DNA of 64,000 bases, taken from a virus. Each line of letters begins with the position of its first letter. Within the stretch, counting starts at the first letter, position 1. This document shows positions 47,999 through 57,720 of the stretch, piece by piece. The stretch spans positions 32,001 through 96,000 of IMG/VR virus record IMGVR_UViG_3300027749_000039. One strand, given 5' to 3'. Under the pieces are notes generated by a model. The model had not been told where the DNA came from. It ran no database searches and worked only from the letters and a program-made list of their open reading frames with translations. The translations under genes were made by a program, and so were the position numbers.

Positions 47999-49219
47999 AT
48001 GGCAAAAGCAGTAAAAGAAGTTAAGAAATTTGAATTTTCAAAAGTTGGAACTATATTGGATAATATAGCAAAATCGTTACCTATTGTGATAGAAAAAGAA
48101 GTTAAAGAAAAAAAGTTTATATCAACTGGATGTTATATATTGGATGCGGCACTATCAGCAAGGTTACTAGGCGGAGGAATCGCTACAAATAGAATTACAG
48201 CGTTTGCTGGTGAATCAGGTGCCGGTAAATCTTTCTTAGCGTATTCCGTTTCTAAATCCGCTCAAAAAGAAGGATATTGTGTTATATATATTGATACAGA
48301 ACAAGCAATTGATTTGGAAGATTTACCTAAATTTGGCATTGATAATTCTTTGGATAAGTTTAGACTTATCCGTTCTAATAAGGTTGAAGATGTTAATATG
48401 TTATTAACACAACTATTGGATGAATTAAAAATCCAAAAATTGGAAGGAATTGAGTTGCCTAAAATACTTATAGTGTTAGATTCATTGGGTCAGATGGCTT
48501 CTAATAAAGAAAAAAATGACTTATTGAAAGGCGATCTTAAACAAGATATGACTAAAGCAAAAGCATTAGGTTCTATGTTTAGGTCTATAAATACAGACTT
48601 AGGCTTTTTAGACATACCGATGATAGTGGCAAATCATACATACTTAACATTAGATTTATTTCCCGCTGAAAAGTTAAAGGGCGGTAATGGTTTATTATAT
48701 TCTGCGTCTGTAATTGGATTTATGAGTAAGTCTAAATTAAAAACAGGAGAAGAAGATGATATGGACTTGGGTGCTTCTGGTATTAATGTTCTATTTAAGA
48801 CTTCTAAAAATCGTATGGCTAAACCAAAGAAGATTCGTTTTGATATATCTTTTGCAAATGGTTTAAATCCTTATACTGGATTAGATGCATTTTGTAGAGC
48901 AGAATATTTTGATAAAATTGGTATAGCTCAAGGTAAAATGGAAGTAGATAAGAAGACAGGTGAAATGAGATTTATACCAGGTGCCGGTAAATGGTATGTT
49001 AGACATTTGGATAAGTCTTTCTTTACAAAGAATTTGTTTAATTCTAGTATATTTACTCCAGAGGTTTTAAAAGCTATGGAGCCAATTGTAAATGATTACT
49101 TTAAGTTTAAATCATTAGAAGAAATGGAACAAGTTGCAAAAGAATTTGAAGAAGTAGTAGGTGAAGATGAATTTACTGATTCGGATAATATGGATGCGGG
49201 TGATTTCTTTGAAAATTAA
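47999..49219 (+). CDS. recA: RecA/UvsX-like recombinase
   Basis: AGESGAGKS Walker A, YIDTE, VLDSLG, VANHTY, GGNGLLY. Confidence 0.9.
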   Translation: MAKAVKEVKKFEFSKVGTILDNIAKSLPIVIEKEVKEKKFISTGCYILDAALSARLLGGGIATNRITAFAGESGAGKSFLAYSVSKSAQKEGYCVIYIDTEQAIDLEDLPKFGIDNSLDKFRLIRSNKVEDVNMLLTQLLDELKIQKLEGIELPKILIVLDSLGQMASNKEKNDLLKGDLKQDMTKAKALGSMFRSINTDLGFLDIPMIVANHTYLTLDLFPAEKLKGGNGLLYSASVIGFMSKSKLKTGEEDDMDLGASGINVLFKTSKNRMAKPKKIRFDISFANGLNPYTGLDAFCRAEYFDKIGIAQGKMEVDKKTGEMRFIPGAGKWYVRHLDKSFFTKNLFNSSIFTPEVLKAMEPIVNDYFKFKSLEEMEQVAKEFEEVVGEDEFTDSDNMDAGDFFEN

Positions 49220-49227
49220 TATAAAAT

Positions 49228-49389
49228 ATGAAACAGCCTATATTAAAAACAAAAAAATTAGAAGTAATAAATAGCAAAACAGATATACCAGCATTATCTA
49301 TACAAACAAATGTAGTATGGTATAGAAGAATATGGTATTCAATTACAAATCCTTTTACTTATATCTTTTTTGGATATAGAAGATATTAA
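49228..49389 (+). CDS. Hypothetical protein (53 aa)
   Basis: ORF MKQPILKTKK...WYRRIWYSITNPF between recA and the terminator. Confidence 0.5.
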   Translation: MKQPILKTKKLEVINSKTDIPALSIQTNVVWYRRIWYSITNPFTYIFFGYRRY

Positions 49390-49418
49390 AAAAAGCGGCT
49401 CAATTGAGCCGCTTTTTT
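49388..49418. terminator. Bidirectional intrinsic terminator
   Basis: A-tract-GCGGCTC-AATT-GAGCCGC-T6. Confidence 0.85.
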
Positions 49419-49421
49419 ATA

Positions 49422-49907
49422 TTAATTACCTTTGATAATGCTTGCAATAACTTTAGCTCTTTCGATACCAGTTAAAGTGACATCGTCTAATTTCTTTAGG
49501 ACTTCATGCACTTTGAATAAATCTTCATCATATTCATTAATGTTATTTTCCTTCATAAATGCGATTTGGCTATCAATTATAGCCTTTTCTTTTTGAAGTT
49601 CTGTTATCTTCTCGTCTATTGAGTTTTTTGAACTTAACATTTCATCAATGGTTAGTTCTAACATTTCAATATCAGTTAAAAGGAAATTATATGGAAAATC
49701 TGATTTTAGTCTATAGTAGCTACCTAGATGATCAGTGCCACCAGCTTGTGCCATATCTATTTTAAATATAGTTCCTATTGCCATATTATGACCTGCTCTA
49801 TCTCTATTGCTAATTACTTTAGCTTTTTTACCCATTAATGCTTTAGCAACTTCAGCTTGTGAATTTGGTTCAATGCCTCTTTTCTTTAAAAATTCTTGTA
49901 AATTCAT
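49422..49907 (-). CDS. Hypothetical protein
   Basis: Start MNLQEF after TACTTTTG (49942-49949). Confidence 0.6.
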   Translation of the reverse strand: MNLQEFLKKRGIEPNSQAEVAKALMGKKAKVISNRDRAGHNMAIGTIFKIDMAQAGGTDHLGSYYRLKSDFPYNFLLTDIEMLELTIDEMLSSKNSIDEKITELQKEKAIIDSQIAFMKENNINEYDEDLFKVHEVLKKLDDVTLTGIERAKVIASIIKGN

Positions 49908-49991
49908 TTTTGTTTGTTTTTTATTGTTTAATAATGAATTACAAAAGTAAGTTAATTTTTTGAAAAAACGAAATAATAACATATATTTTTT

Positions 49992-50399
49992 TTATAGTAA
50001 TTTTAGATTAGCTGTAATAGCATCAATTTTTTCAGAATAATGTGGTCCAATAGCAAGACAAGTTTTAGTTGGCACATTATTAAATTCAGTTCTGCCTGAA
50101 TCAACTATCATATGAACGGTCAAATCCGCTTCTTTTGCTTTATTATAGATTTCGTCTAATTCTTCTTCTGAATTGACACCAACACAGATTTTGGTAAAAG
50201 AATTTTGCATCCATTCTTTTGCTTCTTTAAGATTGCTCATACTTGTGTTAATAAATGCTTCGTTATATAGGCAATCTAACGAATCAAAAGTTCCCTTTTT
50301 TGTTAAGAATGCCATAGATGCGTGACTCGCCTGAGCCATTTCTTTTCCCCGCCTCATTTTGAGGTCTTTCCTCATTACTATTACTTGTTTAGTTGCCAT
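49992..50399 (-). CDS. pth2: Peptidyl-tRNA hydrolase, Pth2 type
   Basis: KQVIVMRKDLKMRRGKEMAQASHA, KICV, DSGRTEF...TCLAIGP. Confidence 0.92.
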   Translation of the reverse strand: MATKQVIVMRKDLKMRRGKEMAQASHASMAFLTKKGTFDSLDCLYNEAFINTSMSNLKEAKEWMQNSFTKICVGVNSEEELDEIYNKAKEADLTVHMIVDSGRTEFNNVPTKTCLAIGPHYSEKIDAITANLKLL

Positions 50400-50400
50400 A

Positions 50401-51138
50401 TTAAATTGTATATAAAATTGTTGGTGAATCTTTTTTTATCTCAACATCATTGAAGATAGGTACTTTTTTTATTATCTGCCTTTCTTTTTTATTACCATAT
50501 TTATCATGTTCTATTATAGTTTCAGTAATAGTTTTGGTTAATAAATCTGGATTAAAACCAGTTGTTATAAAATGAAAACCATTTTTAGTGGGTAAAGTTA
50601 GTAATATAGTTGTAATACTTGCTAAATGATTTTTTACATCATTAAAGATAGTTTTATCATCTACATCAATAACCCACTTTTTCACAGGATCAGAAGCAAA
50701 TTGACCACATGCTGATAGATGTGAATAACGACATAAACTATAATCATTATTAGATATGGCATCAGTTATTACTTTAATTGCTTCTAATGATTTTGCTGGT
50801 TCATCAGTTGCTTGTATTTCAAACTTAGGACGATAGCTACCAGATAAAATCTCTTCGATAGCAATACGAATAGTTTGTAAAGCTATTTTAGTTTCATTCC
50901 TTTTATTGATTCTAATGTAGGCTCTGGCGTTATTTTCGTGGCAAAGTGTAATTATTTCTGCTTTGAATGTATCAAAGTCGTTTATAGAATAAAAAAAGAA
51001 GTTTTTTATTACAGAAACATCTTTTTTTAAGTCGGGATTTTCCTTGCGTCTGCGAAGAATTTGTATGAAATAAAAATCACCTTTATTTAAGGTGTTTTTA
51101 CTAACAAAATCTTTGATTATATCAAAATTATCAGTCAT
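50401..51138 (-). CDS. Putative AEP-fold (primase/polymerase-like) protein
   Basis: VIDVDD and PTKNGFH motifs. Confidence 0.5.
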   Translation of the reverse strand: MTDNFDIIKDFVSKNTLNKGDFYFIQILRRRKENPDLKKDVSVIKNFFFYSINDFDTFKAEIITLCHENNARAYIRINKRNETKIALQTIRIAIEEILSGSYRPKFEIQATDEPAKSLEAIKVITDAISNNDYSLCRYSHLSACGQFASDPVKKWVIDVDDKTIFNDVKNHLASITTILLTLPTKNGFHFITTGFNPDLLTKTITETIIEHDKYGNKKERQIIKKVPIFNDVEIKKDSPTILYTI

Positions 51139-51184
51139 ATTTCTTAGTTTAAGCAAAGATAAGAAATTATTTTGAAATTACAAA
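51099..51184. repeat. 86-bp direct repeat, copy 1 (promoter plus first codons of the downstream gene)
   Basis: Matches 53192-53277 except one base; contains TTG-N19-TATCTTTG. Confidence 0.9.
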
Positions 51185-51191
51185 TTTTTAC

Positions 51192-53057
51192 TTAATAGTC
51201 ATAACCCTTACTTATTGCTAATTCAATTACCTCTGGATATGGTCTACTAATACTATCAATCGCTTCTGGATTTTGATTCACCGCAGCTAATTGTATTTTT
51301 TTACTAGGTTCATAAATATAACTAATTAACTCACCGTCTTTACTAACAGCCGCTAATTCAACTTCTTCATCCGGCGTTACATCAAGTTTACTATTATAAT
51401 CAGAACTGTAAAATAATTCAATTACTGATGGATCTTTATTAACAGCCGCTAATTGAACTTCTTTATCCGGACTTTTAATAAATTTAATAGAATTAGGAGT
51501 TTTATTAACCGCAGCTAATTGTAATCTCTTATCCGGATCTTCACCTCCTTTAAGAAAAAAACGAATATATCTACCATCTTGCTGAACAAAATTTAATTGT
51601 AAATAAAATGGCAAACTTAAATAATCCTTACTCTTTTTTAACTTATCATAAATATCCGCTATTTCTAATGCCTTCTCACAAGGATTTTTAATAAATTCTA
51701 TCGGATTAAGAACATATTGAACAAGTTCATAAAAACTTACATTCTTCATAGCCATTATTTGCATATCTTCAGTAGGATTTTCAATATATTTTATGACATT
51801 ACCATTTTGTTTTATAGCCGCTAATTGAATATCTTCTGTAGGATTATTAATATATTGAATAAGTTTCCCATCAGTATTAACAACAGATAAAAGTATATCC
51901 TTAGGTATATTATTCGTATCGCCAAAATAAGCCTGTATATAATACGGATCTCTTTTAATAGACATTAAAATTTTCCTTAAATAAGTAGTTTTCTCACTAT
52001 CTAATAACTTATTAAAGTTATACTTAGTAATAGGAAGACCCGTATCCACATAATTCGTTATCACATCATTATTCAATTTACGATTTTCTAATAACCAATC
52101 AAATTGCTCATTTGTTAATCCATGTCCTCTACCTACATATCTAATCTTATAATCAATAGATAACTCCTTAAACCACTCTAAACTATCATTCTTCTTAGCT
52201 AATATTTTTTCATCCTCAATCTCCTGCTCCGTTTTTGGCTTATGCACTAATAAAGTATCAACAGGAACACCCTTAGACTTTAAATACTTTTTATATCCTT
52301 CTACATTCGTTCCATATTCCGCAACATATCCTGTATTATTCGTAACATCAGTTAATTCAACACCATTCTCAGTATTATCATACACAACCATATGCAAAGG
52401 ATCTTCAAACGGACGATTCTTATCTACTATAAAATAAAATGTAGAAGTTTTTGTATCACGATATAATTGCCATCTATTTTTAGGTAAATAAAGTCCTATA
52501 CAAAACGGATAAGATTTACCAGTTAATGTACCCGGTTGAATATCTGCACCAGTATAACGAATACACTTATCAATTGAATTACCATCATATATGGATATAT
52601 TATTTCCTTCCCATATAGGCGATTCTTTTGTATTAAAATCAATAGTTCCTTTTTCACCTAACATTACTCTAGGCTTTTTTGAATCTAAATACTCATCCAT
52701 TTTTAAATAATCACCATACTTAAATACCTTATCATCTATCTTAACAGAATCCTTAGAATATGATAAAGGTTTAATATATCCCTTCTTAACACACTCAATA
52801 TATTTATTAAATAATTTGGCAATAGATATTTTAGGATTCTGTATTTTATCATTCCATAAAATAGCTATCGGTGCCATATTTTTTTCATTATTATCTAATA
52901 TATTAATAACCTTTTCATCGTCATTAATCCATTTAGATAATGATTTAATCTCATCTAATATAGAAGCATCTAACTGACGAGCCGCTAATATAGCCTTAGC
53001 TTCTGTTTCTGTTTTAATAGATTCAAATATATTCCAATACGTTTTTATATACTGCAT
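51192..53057 (-). CDS. DUF4116-like repeat protein, candidate internal virion protein
   Basis: QLAAV/IxxxxxxIxYIxNP repeats; MQYIKTYWNIFE N-terminus. Confidence 0.65.
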   Translation of the reverse strand: MQYIKTYWNIFESIKTETEAKAILAARQLDASILDEIKSLSKWINDDEKVINILDNNEKNMAPIAILWNDKIQNPKISIAKLFNKYIECVKKGYIKPLSYSKDSVKIDDKVFKYGDYLKMDEYLDSKKPRVMLGEKGTIDFNTKESPIWEGNNISIYDGNSIDKCIRYTGADIQPGTLTGKSYPFCIGLYLPKNRWQLYRDTKTSTFYFIVDKNRPFEDPLHMVVYDNTENGVELTDVTNNTGYVAEYGTNVEGYKKYLKSKGVPVDTLLVHKPKTEQEIEDEKILAKKNDSLEWFKELSIDYKIRYVGRGHGLTNEQFDWLLENRKLNNDVITNYVDTGLPITKYNFNKLLDSEKTTYLRKILMSIKRDPYYIQAYFGDTNNIPKDILLSVVNTDGKLIQYINNPTEDIQLAAIKQNGNVIKYIENPTEDMQIMAMKNVSFYELVQYVLNPIEFIKNPCEKALEIADIYDKLKKSKDYLSLPFYLQLNFVQQDGRYIRFFLKGGEDPDKRLQLAAVNKTPNSIKFIKSPDKEVQLAAVNKDPSVIELFYSSDYNSKLDVTPDEEVELAAVSKDGELISYIYEPSKKIQLAAVNQNPEAIDSISRPYPEVIELAISKGYDY

Positions 53058-53191
53058 AATGTATATATAAATTATTTGTTTAATTTTTGAAATTCATCGG
53101 GATAATTTATTTGCATCCATTCATACAAGTCTTTACCATAAAGCAATTTTTCTACAGATTGTTCTTCAAACGAAAACCAATCACCGGTTTC

Positions 53192-53277
53192 TACTAACAA
53201 AATCTTTGATTATATCAAAATTATCAGTCATATTTCTTAGTTTAAGCAAAGATAAGAAATTATTTTGAATTTACAAA
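53192..53277. repeat. 86-bp direct repeat, copy 2
   Basis: See copy 1; followed on the minus strand by an out-of-frame gene remnant. Confidence 0.9.
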
Positions 53278-53279
53278 AA

Positions 53280-53984
53280 TTATTTAACATTAACAACCCA
53301 AATCATAGGATTAATTTTAGAAACAATATAATAAGCCATTCTTCTATTTCCACCTAAAATTATATATTTACCATTAATTACTAAAATACTACTGGCTTGT
53401 ATAGATTCTCCTTTTTCAATCTTTTCATCAAATTTATTCCAAGAATTTTTGTAGTAAAGATATAATTGTGCTTTTTGTAAAATATCTTTTAATTCAGGAT
53501 ATTTAGATATTAAACCTGTTTGGTAAATATTTGTTTCATTATTTTTCTTTAAAATTTGCATTACTTCGTCATACGCATTCTTTCTAGACTCTAAAAAATC
53601 TTTTTCTTTAAGAAATTCGTAAAAATCACCTCTTTCAACAGAATTAGAATCTGTTGCTATTTTTTGTATTTTTGATATATCAAATTTTTCTAACTTTCCA
53701 CTATTAAGTAATTCTTGGCATTTTTCAATAAATGGAATATATTTTTTATCAACTTTTTTCATTAATTCTTTAGTTGATAATTTGTCATCAAAAACAGGAT
53801 CTTCGTGTCTTTCAAATAATTCAGGTTCTTCTTTGAATAATTCTGAATCAAAACCTAATTGTTTTGCTACTTCTGGGAATTCTTTAAATATGCGCCAAAA
53901 TTCTTTTATTTCAAAAGCAGGTTTTACAAAATTAACTTTTGTATCTGTTGGTACAAATTCTTCATATATTTTTAGGTATTTCAT
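53280..53984 (-). CDS. Hypothetical protein with ParB-like C-terminal motif, candidate internal virion protein
   Basis: MKYLKIYEE; ILGGNRRMAY resembles the ParB GxxR motif. Confidence 0.55.
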   Translation of the reverse strand: MKYLKIYEEFVPTDTKVNFVKPAFEIKEFWRIFKEFPEVAKQLGFDSELFKEEPELFERHEDPVFDDKLSTKELMKKVDKKYIPFIEKCQELLNSGKLEKFDISKIQKIATDSNSVERGDFYEFLKEKDFLESRKNAYDEVMQILKKNNETNIYQTGLISKYPELKDILQKAQLYLYYKNSWNKFDEKIEKGESIQASSILVINGKYIILGGNRRMAYYIVSKINPMIWVVNVK

Positions 53985-54015
53985 AAACTATATATTATTA
54001 TGACATATAAATAAT

Positions 54016-56190
54016 ATGGAATTAAACTCAAAAATATATGTAGCTGGACATAATGGGCTTGTAGGCTCAGCAATTGTTAGAAAGCTTAAACAGTTAGGTT
54101 ATACTAATTTGATTTTTAAATCTTCAAAAGAATGTGATTTGAGAAATCAAAATGATGTATTGGAATTGTTTGAATTTGAAAAACCTGAATATATCTTTTT
54201 AGCAGCCGCTAAAGTTGGTGGTATTAAATCAAACTCTTTATATAAAGCTGATTTTATTTATGATAATTTGTTAATACAGACTAATATAATTTCAGCTTCT
54301 AATGGTGTTGGTGTTAAAAAACTTTTATTTTTGGGTAGTAGCTGTTTCCCATCTGGGAATATAGTAGCGATGAATAATTGTGAATTTAAGGATATATCAG
54401 ATGTAAATATAAATGATATTGTAATTGATAGTAGCGGTAATAAACAGTTAGTATCAGCAGTAAATAAGAAAAACATAGAAGAGGATATTCTTCTAATAAA
54501 ACCATTAGGAATGACAGTAATATCTGTTACAAAAGAACATCCATTTTTATTAAAAAATGGTGAATTTATTAATGCTGAAAAACTTATTATAGGTAATAAG
54601 TTAGTTATACCTATTTCTAAATATAAAATAGAAAATTATGTTTCAATAATAAATGATGAATTAGAGATATCAAAAAGAGAAGCATTTAATTACATAAAAA
54701 ATGGTGGAAAATTAACAGAAACTGTAAAAAAATTTAATTTATCCTATTCCACAATAAGTGGATACATTTATAATGATACAAAGCCTAAATCTATGCAAAT
54801 ACCAATTGGTTGTAATATACATGATGTAGCATGGCTTACAGGTGTGTTTTTAGCCGAGGGGTGGCTATCTGGTGTTAAAACAAATAAAAGGGGTGGGAAA
54901 CACATTGTTGCCTTCTCACCTGGGTGTAGTGAAAATTTCAAAAATAAAATAGTTCATAAAATAATTAGTGTTTTCAATATCAAACCTATCGTAACAAAAG
55001 AGAGAACTTCTTATAAAATTACTATAAATAATAAATTTATTTATTCATTTTTCGAAAAATGTTATATTAATTCTGTACACATGTCCTATACAAAGAAAAT
55101 ACCAGATTTTATTTTTAATTCAAATAAAGATTCTGTTATAGAAGTTATAAAGGGGTATTTTGAAGGTGATGGATGTAAACATATCAGAAAAAATAGAAAC
55201 AATCAATATACATGTGTTTCATCCAGTACCTCATATAATTTGACATATGGATTATTTCAGTTAATATCAAGATTAGGTATTTTTGCCAGTATTAACTTTG
55301 TGAAAAAGAAAAATGTAACAATTATTGAAGATAGAAAAGTAAATCAGAGAAATCAATATAGTTTAAGAATAAATGGTAATTGGGCTATAAAATTTTTAAA
55401 TATTGTTTTTGGTGAAAATTTATCCTTAAATAAGGAGATAAATAATGGTGTAGAGTTTGTAGAAGATTGTTTTTATGTTCCCATTACTAAAATAAGCACT
55501 ATAAATTATTCTGGTTATGTATATAATTTTACTGTCGAAGAAACAAATACATATTGTGTAAATAATATTGCAGTGCATAATTGTATTTACCCAAAAATGT
55601 GCCCTCAACCTATTAAAGAAGAATATTTACTTTCGGGATATTTAGAGGAGTCAAATGATGCCTACGCTATTGCAAAAATAGCTGGTATTAAAATGTGTCA
55701 AGCATTTAATCAACAATATAACACTAATTTTATTTCAGTTATGCCTACAAATATGTTTGGTATTGGTGACAATTACCATCCAGAGAATAGCCACGTAATT
55801 CCAGGTCTTATTAGAAGATTTCATGATGCAAAAGTTGCTAATCAAAAAGATGTTATTTGTTGGGGAGACGGAACACCAATGCGAGAGTTTTTATTTAATG
55901 AGGATTTAGCGGATGCATGTATATTTTTAATGAATAATTATAAATCATCTGATATAATAAATATAGGAACAGGTAAAGATATGACTATAAAAGAATTAAC
56001 TGAAATAATAAAGTCAGTAGTTTATCCAGGAGCTAATATAGTATTTAATAATGATGTTAATTTAAATGGAACTCCTAGAAAAGTATTAGATACTACAAAA
56101 ATAAACACCCTCGGATGGAGTCCGAAGGTGTCGTTTGAAGAAGGTGTGAAAATCGCTTATGAAGATTTTTTAAAATCCTTTATTTCTTAA
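54016..56190 (+). CDS. fcl: GDP-L-fucose synthase interrupted by an intein
   Basis: VAGHNGLVGSA, LAAAKVGGI, LGSS|CIYPK, YAIAK, SHVIP; spliced product 311 aa. Confidence 0.95.
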   Translation: MELNSKIYVAGHNGLVGSAIVRKLKQLGYTNLIFKSSKECDLRNQNDVLELFEFEKPEYIFLAAAKVGGIKSNSLYKADFIYDNLLIQTNIISASNGVGVKKLLFLGSSCFPSGNIVAMNNCEFKDISDVNINDIVIDSSGNKQLVSAVNKKNIEEDILLIKPLGMTVISVTKEHPFLLKNGEFINAEKLIIGNKLVIPISKYKIENYVSIINDELEISKREAFNYIKNGGKLTETVKKFNLSYSTISGYIYNDTKPKSMQIPIGCNIHDVAWLTGVFLAEGWLSGVKTNKRGGKHIVAFSPGCSENFKNKIVHKIISVFNIKPIVTKERTSYKITINNKFIYSFFEKCYINSVHMSYTKKIPDFIFNSNKDSVIEVIKGYFEGDGCKHIRKNRNNQYTCVSSSTSYNLTYGLFQLISRLGIFASINFVKKKNVTIIEDRKVNQRNQYSLRINGNWAIKFLNIVFGENLSLNKEINNGVEFVEDCFYVPITKISTINYSGYVYNFTVEETNTYCVNNIAVHNCIYPKMCPQPIKEEYLLSGYLEESNDAYAIAKIAGIKMCQAFNQQYNTNFISVMPTNMFGIGDNYHPENSHVIPGLIRRFHDAKVANQKDVICWGDGTPMREFLFNEDLADACIFLMNNYKSSDIINIGTGKDMTIKELTEIIKSVVYPGANIVFNNDVNLNGTPRKVLDTTKINTLGWSPKVSFEEGVKIAYEDFLKSFIS
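54343..55581 (+). mobile_element. 413-aa intein with LAGLIDADG homing endonuclease
   Basis: Starts CFPSG, TKEHPF block B, LTGVFLAEG and IKGYFEGDG, ends VYNFTV...AVHN, +1 Cys. Confidence 0.95.
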
Positions 56191-56394
56191 ATAAACTTGA
56201 TACATATAATAGGGCCATAATACGGTAAGTAATACTACTACTATATTTATCAATTCTTTATCAGTGAAATCATCTAATTCTTCACCACTTATTACTCGCA
56301 TTGAGTCTATCATCCGTGATATATCATTTGCCATTGATAAAGTGAACATAGAGCCTAATACCAGGTAGTAAAGTATAATTTGTATTAAAATCAT
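56170..56394 (-). CDS. Small membrane protein
   Basis: Two hydrophobic segments, LWPY. Confidence 0.55.
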   Translation of the reverse strand: MILIQIILYYLVLGSMFTLSMANDISRMIDSMRVISGEELDDFTDKELINIVVVLLTVLWPYYMYQVYLRNKGF

Positions 56395-57497
56395 ATTAAG
56401 CTTTTGTTAAAATGGTCTGTCCTTATTTTAGTTATGAAATCGGTAATCATTTCTTGATGTTCAAATTTATTTGGTAAATCTGAATTAATGAATATATCAT
56501 ACATTACTTTTAAATCATCTTCAGATTTATCCATTAAAGTTTGTAAGTCATATTTACCACGCCTGATATCTATCAGGTATTCTCTATTTGATCTAAATAT
56601 ATTGATAGTCTTGTCAGTAGGTATTTCCATAGCAGTTTCAATAATTCTTATATTATGAAGAATATTTTTACCATCTATTTGCTGACCATGTCCTTCTATA
56701 TCAACATATCTATCAGTATTTCTTTTTTCCAACCATTCCTGGTATTCTTTATAATACTTACAATGTTGAGAATAAGCATCTTTATGAAAGAATAATATGC
56801 CAATTGGTTTAGCATCTTTTTCTATTTCCGATAAACAAACATCATTAGCATCTTCACCAGAAGTTATACCACGATACATATAAGTAGTAGAATTAAACAA
56901 TAAATAACAATCTCTGAAATGATCTATTTTAGATAGACCACAATTCTCTAATACTAGATTATTTTGTATTAGAAATTGATTTAACTTGATTGCATTAGTT
57001 TCAAACATTTTTTCATCCTGTGAAGGAAAAGAATAAACAGAACACATATCTTCAACAGACTTTCTTTCTGTCCTATCTTTCTCCCAATTCATTTTCTTTT
57101 CTAAACCAGATGCCTTTCTTATTTGGTCTTTAGCATAATTCGCAAAACTATGACGTAGGTTTTTAGTTAAAAACAAATGTTTAAATTTTAGAATTTGCTT
57201 AAAAGTATCGGTTATGTGAACTATGCAATGTTCTGGTGCGTAAAGTAATTCTAATAAAGTTGGATTACCAGTAGAACAAGATAGTAAAAACTTTTCTAAT
57301 TCAAAGTATTTTTCATCTTTGTTTATTTCTAATTCATCTCTATAGCCATTCATATACTTATCATAAGGGTCTTGTATAAAGACACCTTTATAATCGACAT
57401 CCGAACCAGCCTGGGACTCTGTTTTTTCAATGTTAGTGCCATATGATTGGCTACCAACAATAGTTTTAAATAATATTGTATGTCCGTTAATTTTCAT
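56391..57497 (-). CDS. DNA polymerase beta-superfamily nucleotidyltransferase (RlaP/Nuc-transf-like)
   Basis: VGSQSYGTN...SDVDYKGVF, GNPTLLELL, GKNILH. Confidence 0.85.
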   Translation of the reverse strand: MKINGHTILFKTIVGSQSYGTNIEKTESQAGSDVDYKGVFIQDPYDKYMNGYRDELEINKDEKYFELEKFLLSCSTGNPTLLELLYAPEHCIVHITDTFKQILKFKHLFLTKNLRHSFANYAKDQIRKASGLEKKMNWEKDRTERKSVEDMCSVYSFPSQDEKMFETNAIKLNQFLIQNNLVLENCGLSKIDHFRDCYLLFNSTTYMYRGITSGEDANDVCLSEIEKDAKPIGILFFHKDAYSQHCKYYKEYQEWLEKRNTDRYVDIEGHGQQIDGKNILHNIRIIETAMEIPTDKTINIFRSNREYLIDIRRGKYDLQTLMDKSEDDLKVMYDIFINSDLPNKFEHQEMITDFITKIRTDHFNKSLI

Positions 57498-57502
57498 TTC
57501 TT

Positions 57503-57706
57503 TTATATTGTTAGATTAACAAAATTTCTTGCGTTTGTAAACCGCTCATTCCAATTATATCCGGTAGCTGAATTAGTTTTCTTAACAGAAAAATCACCTA
57601 TTTTTTGGCAAGCTTGTTCAAATGAATTAGCATTAACTAATAATGTGCCAATTCCATTATATCCCAAATGTCGTGAATCGTGTTCGAATTCAATTAAAAA
57701 TTGCAT
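57503..57706 (-). CDS. Hypothetical protein
   Basis: Start MQFLIEF downstream of the promoter. Confidence 0.55.
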   Translation of the reverse strand: MQFLIEFEHDSRHLGYNGIGTLLVNANSFEQACQKIGDFSVKKTNSATGYNWNERFTNARNFVNLTI

Positions 57707-57720
57707 AATAAAATTTTTTA

